IMG/VR virus record: IMGVR_UViG_3300030708_003142
Span: 1-32,500 of that record
From: a virus
Taxonomy: Duplodnaviria > Caudoviricetes
DNA length: 32,500 bases
Strand: one strand, 5' to 3'
A program made the translations under genes and the position numbers. This document shows positions 9,482-18,800 of the stretch, piece after piece; the first letter of the stretch is position 1; each line of letters opens with the position of its first letter. The notes beneath the pieces are model-generated. The model saw nothing but the letters and a program-made list of their open reading frames with translations, was not told where the DNA came from and did no database searches.

Positions 9482-10578
9482 ACACTATAACTAAAGAAAT
9501 TTACGGAAGCTCTATTGTATTCTACCCAGGGGATAGACCTACGGACACCGGAACTACTTTACCTTATGCGGAATCTTATTCTTTAGATGAAGGGTCTGTG
9601 ATTTTGTACAACAATAACTCTCCTAAAGATGACGGGTCGTTTCCTCCGAGCCCTAAAATATTTAAAGGGTTTCGTATCTCACCGGTATGGGATGTGAATG
9701 ACATAACGCCGAGTTCTATCGGTGCGTACACCTTATCCTTCGAGAAAGTGTGGTCAGTGATATTCATCGCCTCCCAAAAAGCAAATAATCTTACACAAAA
9801 CTTTTTCGCTTTATCGGCGTTAGATTTTCGAAATGCCAACGTAAATACTCCATATGTAAATTCGTTCGGTCCCGGTATAGAAAAAACTCTCATTAATGAT
9901 TTTCATTTAGATTATAAATACGTGGTAGGTCCTTACGAATCTCTTAGATTTAAACTGCGCGATGCAACGTTAGATAATAATTTGCCGTCGAATACGTTAG
10001 GGAATACCGCCCGCTATAATGCATGGACTCAACAGTGGGGTCCTAACCCTGTTTTAAAAATTCATACGGAATGGGAGGAACTTAACACTTCCAGCCAGTA
10101 TTATGACAAGATTAGCCTTAATGATTTGGTTGTGAAATCGGAAGCTTTTCCAACTGACCAAGACATTACTCTGTTAGATTTACGCAACACCTCTACCACG
10201 CTATTAACCCCTCCTTTCACTAATCTATTTGCAGACACATCTTTTACGTTAAAAACTTTAGGTACAATGGGTGCATATCCCTACACAGGGGGAACGACTC
10301 AATTCATGTACTCAGTTATCCTTAAAACTGAGGGGAGACCGGAAAGTGAAGATGAATTCATCGTAAAATATGCACGGTATTATGCTTCCGATGGTACTAC
10401 TGCGCGTGAGGGGGATGGGCAAAACGTATTAGAAAATGTCGTCCCTCCTTCTATTAAACGTGGACAGTATCTTGTTTTAAGAGTTTACGCTCATGAGTCC
10501 ACAGTGACAGAATCGACGAAAAAAATTAAAACAAATAGACAGTTTCCTGGATTTTGGCTATATGGCACTCTCACCTAA
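9478..10578 (+). CDS. Hypothetical protein, probably virion structural (366 aa)
   Basis: ATGA overlap with the spike stop codon; rich in Thr/Ser/aromatic residues, beta-like; no family recognised. Confidence 0.7.
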   Translation: MNTITKEIYGSSIVFYPGDRPTDTGTTLPYAESYSLDEGSVILYNNNSPKDDGSFPPSPKIFKGFRISPVWDVNDITPSSIGAYTLSFEKVWSVIFIASQKANNLTQNFFALSALDFRNANVNTPYVNSFGPGIEKTLINDFHLDYKYVVGPYESLRFKLRDATLDNNLPSNTLGNTARYNAWTQQWGPNPVLKIHTEWEELNTSSQYYDKISLNDLVVKSEAFPTDQDITLLDLRNTSTTLLTPPFTNLFADTSFTLKTLGTMGAYPYTGGTTQFMYSVILKTEGRPESEDEFIVKYARYYASDGTTAREGDGQNVLENVVPPSIKRGQYLVLRVYAHESTVTESTKKIKTNRQFPGFWLYGTLT

Positions 10579-10582
10579 ATAA
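10575..10582 (+). promoter_or_regulatory. Possible T4-type late promoter CTAAATAA
   Basis: TAAATA core about 10 nt upstream of the ATG at 10592. It coincides with the upstream stop codon, so it may be fortuitous. Confidence 0.3.
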
Positions 10583-10591
10583 AACAGACGA

Positions 10592-13500
10592 ATGGTTATC
10601 TTTTCACCCGACTCTCTGAACTTGATTCCGACCAACGCTTTAACTTCGTTAGTTAATGCGATGACAGTGGACCGTGAAGAGAAAAATGTAGAGCTTGGAG
10701 CGACGAATGCTAAAATGTCCAAGCTCCAAGGCACTTCCACCTTACGTACACCAACCCAAGGACGTATTTCTGTGTCCAATGGAGGGACTCCCGCCGCTAG
10801 AGAACAACAGGAAGCCATGTTGGAACCCGCTAACAATGTTGCGAATGGAGCCGCTCTTTTAAATAGTTCAGGAACTAACCCAAGTGGAGCACCAGTATTT
10901 GTTCCAGGGACTGTCCCTACAGGAACTACGTCTGAACAAGTTGACACTATGAACTCCGAGATTAATGATTATTTCAGCTCGCAGGTAAAAGTTGCTTTGG
11001 GTGTCTTAGTCGTACAAAAATTATCTGCTCTTCAACAAAAGAGTTCTAATTTGCAGGTGGAAGTTGATGAACTTACCAATACAATTGATACAGCAACGGA
11101 AATATTAGAAAAAAGAGCTACTGGTGAACTACCAAATCCTCAGCTTAATATTCAAGCTTTGGATACACAAAGTTTACCGCCTTCTATAGCTCAAAAAGTT
11201 GAGGTGGCAGCTGCCGCAAATGAAAAATATATTCAATCTCAGGTAATCGCTCCTTATATAGAAAACCAAAAACTAATTCAAACGTTAACTGCCCAAGCAT
11301 CAGGAGTGTTTGAGGATGTTCAGCCCGTCTTTGATTTGGATTTTGGACCTCCCATATCCACTAACGAAAGATTTGTATTGTCCAAAGATGGTTTGTACTA
11401 TGATTCACGTAGCGGAGACGTCCCCGATGTTATTCCTTACCCTGTCTCGGCGGATATGTGGAACTTACAGTACCCTTCAAACCGCGGGGGTCGAGGATTA
11501 TCGTTTACCGAAGAAGACGGGGAAAGCACAGTTAACACTATCTTTGATTTAAACGTTCCTTATCAAGAAGAAAACCCCCGCGTAGAAGCATTTCAGTTAT
11601 ATGATGATGTTCTTCAACAGTTTGAGGATGATAAACAATCCCATATGACGCAGGTATCAGGCTATATCGCAGAGATTTTAGCCAACGGGTATGGGGCTAC
11701 AGACGCGATAGTCCAATCTTATACTGCTCAACTCGGTGCCGTGGCATCAGTATACGATAGTAAGATAAGAAAAAGAAAAAGACAGCTGACAATAGCCGCT
11801 ATATTCGGAAGAGACTCCTTTATCGTAACCAATCGCCAACATCCTCTAGGAGAAGGGTTGTTTTTTCAGTATGAACCACCAACCGGAAAAGCGTTTGAAT
11901 ATAAACTTCAATATAAAGATTTGCCGGACGCTATAAAAACAATAAACCTTTATCAGTTAGATGGAGGACAAACAGTTGCATACAACACTAAAACCAAAAA
12001 GGTGGTAGACGAGGTAGAATCTCCAAACATTTTAGCTAAGGTAGGGTTCTGGAAAGAAATTCCTCGCATACCCATCAATGATTTTTCATACCTTAAACAA
12101 AGTGATATACCTTTACAGACTCAAAAACAATTAACGTTATTTTCAGAAGACTTAGATACCATTATAGCTCCTTACCAAGCCAAATATGTTATTGGTCCTA
12201 CTGACATGCCTCCGACAAGCGTCGATAGTCTAGCAGTAGACCCGATAGGGTTTGGGGATTGGGTTCACCGAGAAACGTCGGGCAGTCTCAGCGCCACAAC
12301 CCCTCTTTACAAATCTTTAACAGATGATATTATTAGTGAAGACCTTCTTGTCTGCTATAATTTCTTAGACCCTGATGCAGTAACGGAACCGTCAGGAACT
12401 TTGTACGCTTTGAATAACGCGGCTGAGGGTTCCAATAGATTAGACGGAAAACTGGTGGGTTACGATAAGTCCTTCGTATTTCCTTCAGGGGTAGGACAGG
12501 CTTATTTCGGAGGAACCATATTTGACGAGCGCGGTCAGAGAAGCGCGTTATGGGCTGATGTTAAAGGTTCATATGTTCGATTACCAAACTCTACTAAAGA
12601 TTATAATGTTTTACAACCTAATATTCCTTATAATGGAGCGAGACCTTTAGATAATCTTTTTTATAGCAAAGAAGGAGTTACTATTGATTTCTGGGCTTAT
12701 GTCCCTAGGGTGTATAGAGATATGACCGATGAACATCGATATAGATTAGTATTCGCTAATGAAAATAGTGGTCCAGCACAAACGGACTACCTTACAGCTA
12801 CCACCCAATCGAATGCGTCCCCTGGCAAAGGATTAACTCCAGGGGGAACTAACTTTAACCGGACGATAGGTATGATAATGGGATGGAGGGACCGTGGCTC
12901 CCCCGCACCAGCTGGAACCAATACAAGCGGACTTGAGTTTTGTATCGCTCCAACGGTTGGACAAAACCAAAGTTATGATACAACCCCAACAACTACGTGG
13001 GGGCATAGTGTGTGTATTGCGGAAACCTGGGCAACATCTGCCGGGAACACACCCTCTGCTGTCGAAGTTAAGCAAGTTGGTATGTATATCCCAAGTTCAG
13101 TATTAAATTCTAGCGGGACTGGAATTCAAGATGTGAGTTCGGGATATCATCACATCAGCGTATCTTTTGATTATGTAAATGAAGACGTAAACTTCCATTT
13201 AGATGGGGAGTTACTTACTACTTCATCTTTAAGTGATGTTTTGGGTGGGAACCCTGACGACACAACCCTCCCTACGAGTGTGAAAATGGATTTAGACGAT
13301 AAATCTGACCTTATATTTTTTAATGACCCGACAGTAGAAAGCTTTCTGGGGAACACCATATATGATGAGCGCTGCACCCCTGAACGGGTTGCTTTTCCTG
13401 TGTTCACCCCGTGGATTATTGGGGGAGGTTATACGGACAACATACCTAAGATTCCTGGAACTGATTATAAGCCTCAAGGGTTCTTGGGTAGTAATACTAA

Positions 13501-13762
13501 TAACACCCATCAAGGCACGGTCAGAGGAGATACATTAATAACAACCACTATCGGGGGAGAATTGTACCCGGTAGGACAACATGACCCACCACTTTCAGCC
13601 CCGAAAGGCGGAGGCTCCCCAACTCGTATTATACCTAGAAGCGGTTTAGACGGTTATATAGGAAGTTTTAAGATTTACACAAGAGCTCTAACTACTACTG
13701 AGGCTAAACACAATTACACTAGCCAAAAAGGATTTTTCAAAAACATTCTCTTACCAAGTTAA
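10592..13762 (+). CDS. Virion structural protein with coiled coil and C-terminal LamG/concanavalin A-like domain (1056 aa)
   Basis: LLVCYNFLD, GVTIDFWAYVP, YHHISVSFDY...FHLDGELL and GLDGYIGSFKIYTRALTTTEAKHNY are LamG-3 hallmarks; heptads at KLSALQQKSSNLQVEVDELTNTI. Confidence 0.8.
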   Translation: MVIFSPDSLNLIPTNALTSLVNAMTVDREEKNVELGATNAKMSKLQGTSTLRTPTQGRISVSNGGTPAAREQQEAMLEPANNVANGAALLNSSGTNPSGAPVFVPGTVPTGTTSEQVDTMNSEINDYFSSQVKVALGVLVVQKLSALQQKSSNLQVEVDELTNTIDTATEILEKRATGELPNPQLNIQALDTQSLPPSIAQKVEVAAAANEKYIQSQVIAPYIENQKLIQTLTAQASGVFEDVQPVFDLDFGPPISTNERFVLSKDGLYYDSRSGDVPDVIPYPVSADMWNLQYPSNRGGRGLSFTEEDGESTVNTIFDLNVPYQEENPRVEAFQLYDDVLQQFEDDKQSHMTQVSGYIAEILANGYGATDAIVQSYTAQLGAVASVYDSKIRKRKRQLTIAAIFGRDSFIVTNRQHPLGEGLFFQYEPPTGKAFEYKLQYKDLPDAIKTINLYQLDGGQTVAYNTKTKKVVDEVESPNILAKVGFWKEIPRIPINDFSYLKQSDIPLQTQKQLTLFSEDLDTIIAPYQAKYVIGPTDMPPTSVDSLAVDPIGFGDWVHRETSGSLSATTPLYKSLTDDIISEDLLVCYNFLDPDAVTEPSGTLYALNNAAEGSNRLDGKLVGYDKSFVFPSGVGQAYFGGTIFDERGQRSALWADVKGSYVRLPNSTKDYNVLQPNIPYNGARPLDNLFYSKEGVTIDFWAYVPRVYRDMTDEHRYRLVFANENSGPAQTDYLTATTQSNASPGKGLTPGGTNFNRTIGMIMGWRDRGSPAPAGTNTSGLEFCIAPTVGQNQSYDTTPTTTWGHSVCIAETWATSAGNTPSAVEVKQVGMYIPSSVLNSSGTGIQDVSSGYHHISVSFDYVNEDVNFHLDGELLTTSSLSDVLGGNPDDTTLPTSVKMDLDDKSDLIFFNDPTVESFLGNTIYDERCTPERVAFPVFTPWIIGGGYTDNIPKIPGTDYKPQGFLGSNTNNTHQGTVRGDTLITTTIGGELYPVGQHDPPLSAPKGGGSPTRIIPRSGLDGYIGSFKIYTRALTTTEAKHNYTSQKGFFKNILLPS

Positions 13763-13764
13763 TT

Positions 13765-14175
13765 ATGTCTAACTACGATTTAAATTACGTCAAAATACCT
13801 TCTAAGGAAAGAATCTTAGGAGTAGCTTTCCCTATGATGAATGAGGGAGTAGGTGGATACGTAGCTCAAAACGAAAACTTACGGTCTTTACGTGATTGTG
13901 TAATTCAACTTATTATGACCGGGCGTGGCGCTAGGGTATTTAGACCTGATTATGGAACTGATATCCGCTCATCTGTTTTCGAACCTTTAACAGATGATAT
14001 GATAAACACATTAAGAGAGCAGATACTAGATTCTATTGCAACTTATGAACCCCGAGTCATTGTAGAAAGATTAGAGCTCACCCCTGATTTTGAAAACAAC
14101 AAACTCAAAATTCAACTTTATATCACATCGAAAGATGATTTACTAACTGGAGAGCTGGTGGAGGTTCTCGTATAA
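13765..14175 (+). CDS. gp25: Baseplate wedge / sheath initiator, gp25/gpW family
   Basis: LIMTGRGARVFRPDYGTDIRSSVFEPL...IATYEPRVIV; 136 aa. Confidence 0.95.
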   Translation: MSNYDLNYVKIPSKERILGVAFPMMNEGVGGYVAQNENLRSLRDCVIQLIMTGRGARVFRPDYGTDIRSSVFEPLTDDMINTLREQILDSIATYEPRVIVERLELTPDFENNKLKIQLYITSKDDLLTGELVEVLV

Positions 14176-14177
14176 TT

Positions 14178-15821
14178 ATGGCAACTAACACAGATTATTC
14201 TCGTTTCTTTCAGGGTCTGTATAATATTTCAGGCTTCGATGGCACTATTGAGTCAGACTTTTTAAAATTAGGTCAAGTCCCCGACGATAAGAAAGAGGAT
14301 TTGATTGATTATAATATAAATGGCTTCGACCAATATCGAGCAGCCTTACAAAACTATTTAAAGAGCGTTTACCCCACTGATTATAACAATTTCGCAGCTT
14401 CCGATTTAGGTCAAATGTTACTTGAGATGTACGCGTATATGGCATCGGTACTAGCTTTAAGAGCTGATATGACGGCTAATGAAATGTATATTGATACAGT
14501 AAAAAGCGAAGATAACCTACAAAGACTTCTTCAACTCATTGGGGTAAGTATGAAAGGTCCTACAGCATCTAAAGCTACAGGTCTTTTAACTTTTCCAAAT
14601 ACGGAAACCCCTACAGGAAATATTTTAATTGCTGAAGCGGACCGGACAGTGCAAGTGACAAATCAAAGAAGCAGTACTCCTTTAAGTTATACGATTACCA
14701 AACAGACTTCTAATGGTGAGTTAGATTTATTCAATAAAGATTTGACTTTGACCGCTGCGGCTGATTTCGCAGGAGGTCAGTATGCTAGCGGTTTGTTTTT
14801 GTTAGAAGGAGTTTTAAATAGTGCCAATGGAACTTTCCGAGGAGGGGTAAAAACACGACAGACATTTGAGATTACTGACGGTCCTGTAATTGAGGGAAGC
14901 ATTGGAGTTTCTTCTACAGAAAACGGAGGTACTCAATATAACGAAATCAGTAATCTGTTTTTAGCGTCGGGAGGAAGTCAGCCTGTATTCCAGAAGGATT
15001 ACACAGGAGGTTTTGGCGCGATACTTACTTTCGGTGATGGTGTCCGTGGACGCCTCCCAACTCCGGGTAACAATTTTGTGGTAACTTACAGAACCGGAGG
15101 AGGAGGGAATGGAAACATTGCTCAAGGGAGTTTAAACTCCACCGTCACGGTAACAAACAATATTGGTACGGGCTTAGCTAAAGCTGTAGACTGTACATTA
15201 ACGAATAGTACAAAAGGCTCGGGAGGTACACCCGCTGAATCTGTGGCTCATGCCAAGAAATACGCACCCTACTTCTTCAGAACGCAGTATAGAGCTGTCA
15301 CTGGCGAGGATTACAATGCCTTAGCTAATTCGTTTGTGGGAACCGCAGGAACTACCGCTAAATGCATGGCGTCTTTACGAAGCAATGGAGCAGCTGCGAA
15401 CGTTATTGATTTATTTGTTTTGTCCAAAGCTTCCTCTACTCAATTAGAACGAGCCTCGGTAGCAATGAAAAAAGAATTGCTAGACTATTTTAAAAATTAT
15501 AAAATGCTCACCGATGACATTGTAATTTCAGACGGAGTAGTCAGAACATTAGATATTGTAGCAACTCTTTATATCGATAAATCTAATAAACGATTTATTG
15601 ACTCTATTCAACAAAAAGCTGCAAACAAGTTATTAGAATACTTTGATGTTGATAATTTATCATTTGGACAGAAGGTCAGCATGTCTGACGTCAACAATTT
15701 TATGTTAACCGTTCCGGAAATTAGATTTTTTAAAGTAGATAATCTTCCAGAAGATATTTACGTTAACTTTAATGAGATTGTACAGTTGAATAACTTTGAG
15801 TTTAACACGGAGCTAGTATAA
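14178..15821 (+). CDS. Baseplate wedge subunit, T4 gp6 / baseplate J-like
   Basis: DYNNFAASDLGQMLLEMYAY, FGDGVRGRLP...VTYRTGGGGNGN, GGTPAES...APYFFRTQYRAVTGEDY. Confidence 0.93.
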   Translation: MATNTDYSRFFQGLYNISGFDGTIESDFLKLGQVPDDKKEDLIDYNINGFDQYRAALQNYLKSVYPTDYNNFAASDLGQMLLEMYAYMASVLALRADMTANEMYIDTVKSEDNLQRLLQLIGVSMKGPTASKATGLLTFPNTETPTGNILIAEADRTVQVTNQRSSTPLSYTITKQTSNGELDLFNKDLTLTAAADFAGGQYASGLFLLEGVLNSANGTFRGGVKTRQTFEITDGPVIEGSIGVSSTENGGTQYNEISNLFLASGGSQPVFQKDYTGGFGAILTFGDGVRGRLPTPGNNFVVTYRTGGGGNGNIAQGSLNSTVTVTNNIGTGLAKAVDCTLTNSTKGSGGTPAESVAHAKKYAPYFFRTQYRAVTGEDYNALANSFVGTAGTTAKCMASLRSNGAAANVIDLFVLSKASSTQLERASVAMKKELLDYFKNYKMLTDDIVISDGVVRTLDIVATLYIDKSNKRFIDSIQQKAANKLLEYFDVDNLSFGQKVSMSDVNNFMLTVPEIRFFKVDNLPEDIYVNFNEIVQLNNFEFNTELV

Positions 15822-15823
15822 CC

Positions 15824-18800
15824 ATGAGAATGTCGGACAAGGGACCCGGACAAGAACATTTTAAAGCGAATTACATAGAAGTAATTCAGCGCATTATCCC
15901 TGATTTCTATGAAGAGAATGAATATAATCTATTCGGACAAGAAGAAGATTTACAGTACAGAGTTCTAGGTTCTATTTTATACCTAGCGTCCAACACCTCA
16001 GCCTTGATTGGCAAGCCAACCACTTATAATTTACAGGTATCTTCATTTAGTAGTAACGATTCATTTGTACCTTACTACGTCCCTTTCAATAATTTAACAG
16101 ATGTAAGTCCTACTACTTATGAGAATTATGTTTTACGTCCTTTAGGTAAAACGTTTGCGAGTTTTCCTAATAGAGACGAGTTTGAGGATTTTCTTCTTAC
16201 GTCAGCCCTACCATCAACGCACCCGAATTACGTAACAGAAACTTTCGCTCAGGGGTTTAGCGCGACAGTAGGGTCAACTTTTTCTTCCGTTTCAGCGGTT
16301 AGTAACGAATTGATTGATAAACTGGGGTGGGTATATTTTCAAAATACGTCAGGAACGGTTATTGATTCGAACTCCATTCCGGTAAGTTCTTATGTCTACA
16401 GCTCCATCGTAGATAACCTTTATTATGGTAAACGTATAAAAACTTCGGACGGTGTTAGTAATATGTTCAAGTGGATGTATAGAAACGCTGTAGGAGGAGG
16501 TACACAATGGGAAACCGTACGAGCTAATTATTTACCAGCACCGTTTAGCAGCCCTTCTTCCACTTATGTTGTAGCTAATGGGGAAACGGAAAATTACTAT
16601 GCGTCTGGAGCACAACTAGTTAGCGCTTTAGACACCTTAGTTAATGTGTGGGTAAATGAAGATGACCCTAACTCACTGTATTTTAGAGATATTGTCAACG
16701 CCTCATTAATGGGGTTAGATGTAAATCGTATGGAAAATGCTGGTCCGATGAGCAAGATGCTCAAAGCGATAGCATATGGTTTTTATGACGTTAAAACTTC
16801 GATTAGAGACATTCAGTATTTGTTAGATATCGAGGAATGTCCCGAAGAGTTTCTTCAATATTTGGGAAGATATTTGGGCTGGACTTTCTTTACGGAAGAA
16901 CCCGATAAATGGAGAGACCAGTTAAAACAAGCCATTTACTTGTATAAGGCTAAAGGTACTAGACAAGCTTTAGCTAACGCGGTAAACATGGTTATCCCAT
17001 CTTCCATCTACAATCCAGTAGCTGAAACTTCGGGATTACAAGAGTTATGGGAATCTTATGTACCTAATTTAATTTACTATACTCTTAAAACTGAGACTAA
17101 CTTAGGAAACAACAACTCTCAATACTTATCATTTAAAACTAATTGGAATGAAGCTTTAGAGTCGTCTGGCATACGAATGTCGGTTCGTAATTTTGACCCT
17201 AACGATAAAGATAAAAACGTTAGATTTGCGACAGATGCTGTTTTAGAACTTCTAAACGAGTATTATAATTATTTGTACATAGGAGGGGTTCCATACAAAG
17301 AAACCGATTATTGGAAATCACAAGAAGTAAGAAAGTTTAGAAACAAAACTAATGGATATGAATACCGAGGAGCACTTCTACGAATCCCTCCTTGGGAAGA
17401 AAATAGATTTTATCAAAACTGTCGGATAGGACCAAATGTAGATAATTTTGCTAGAAGTCTTTCGTCCATTTTATCACGCAGTTTTGAAGAGGCTGGGTGT
17501 GGTGTAGCGGTCTCCGCTGCCAACAGCGTATCCAAATATATTTTAAGTGGAGTGGAGATAAAATCCGGAGAAGGTATAAACGAACCTGGATGGGGCTCAA
17601 ATAATAATTTTAAATTTTTTACCTCCTCTCTAAAATTACCTTACAATTACCCACAGATTATTCGTGGAGGTGATTTAGAAAGTATGAGTGTCTTTGATTA
17701 TTGGAACTCCAAATCGTCAGAGGTACACTCTAAGTTCTTTGCCTCGGCTATAGATTTCTCTTCTAATAGTTTGATAAACCCCGACAAAACCAAAATAGGT
17801 AAAAAGGGTATTCCGGCGGTTATAGATATTTTCCGCCAGTTCGCTCCTTTCCATACTATAAACAAAATATATGTGGGCTCTGGGATAGATGATTTCTATT
17901 ATAGAACGCGGCAAGACGGTACACTTCCGGGAGTCGCGTGGTCCGGTATTCAGAATATAGAAGTAATTAATACTATTCAATCGGATATGGACCAACTCCA
18001 TAGCACTTATACCACGTCTGCTTTCCCGGGCGCCTGGGGCGCGTATGGCTCGTTTAGTGGTGTGGGGGTATTCCCAACCATATTTAATCCTAAAGGCGGT
18101 AGATGGCTACCTTCTGCGACTCTGTATGGAAGTAAAGGTACGGGACCTCAAGGTTACTTCTGGAGTGGCGGTGGTTCAATAGAACCGGCGGGTAAAGCTA
18201 GTGTCGCATACAAACAATTATTAGCGCGAAGAACTGCTGGTCGTAGACGAAATCTAAAATATAAATTCACAGGCTGGGCTCAGAACAGAGAAGGTTTAAA
18301 CCAACCTATTGCCACAGACTGGTTTGGAGTAAGTGGAGGAGCTTTACAACCGGTACTTAAGGCTCGCGGACTTAATTTACCAGGGTTTGTTCCCAAAGGA
18401 TTCGATTTCTCCTCACAACAATTTGTAGATACTAGCGGAAGTCTTTCATCAGTATATTCCTATTACAACGGGTCCGCTACCCCCTTCTTTGAATTTCATG
18501 GCTCTTCTTTCTTTCCTCAACGAAATATACCGGGGTTTGAAACCAACGCTTCTAGTTTCAATCAATTACGTGACGTATTTGGTTCTCAAATATTAAGAGC
18601 AATGACAAACATCTTTATTAGACGAGGTCGCGAAGATTCTCGTTGGTTAAGATTTACTAACGAAGGGTTTGATAATTTTAAATTTGGTGCCGGAGTACAA
18701 TCACTATATCAAGAATATAATACAAAGTTCAATAGAAACTTGCAATGCTGGGTAGACCAAGAAACGCAAGTCGATGGGGATAGGTATGCAGGAGGGTTTA

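Noticed and set aside
13765-14175. Lysozyme activity for the gp25-family protein
   Set aside because: The 'lysozyme' label on gp25 is a legacy annotation; the family is structural (sheath initiator).
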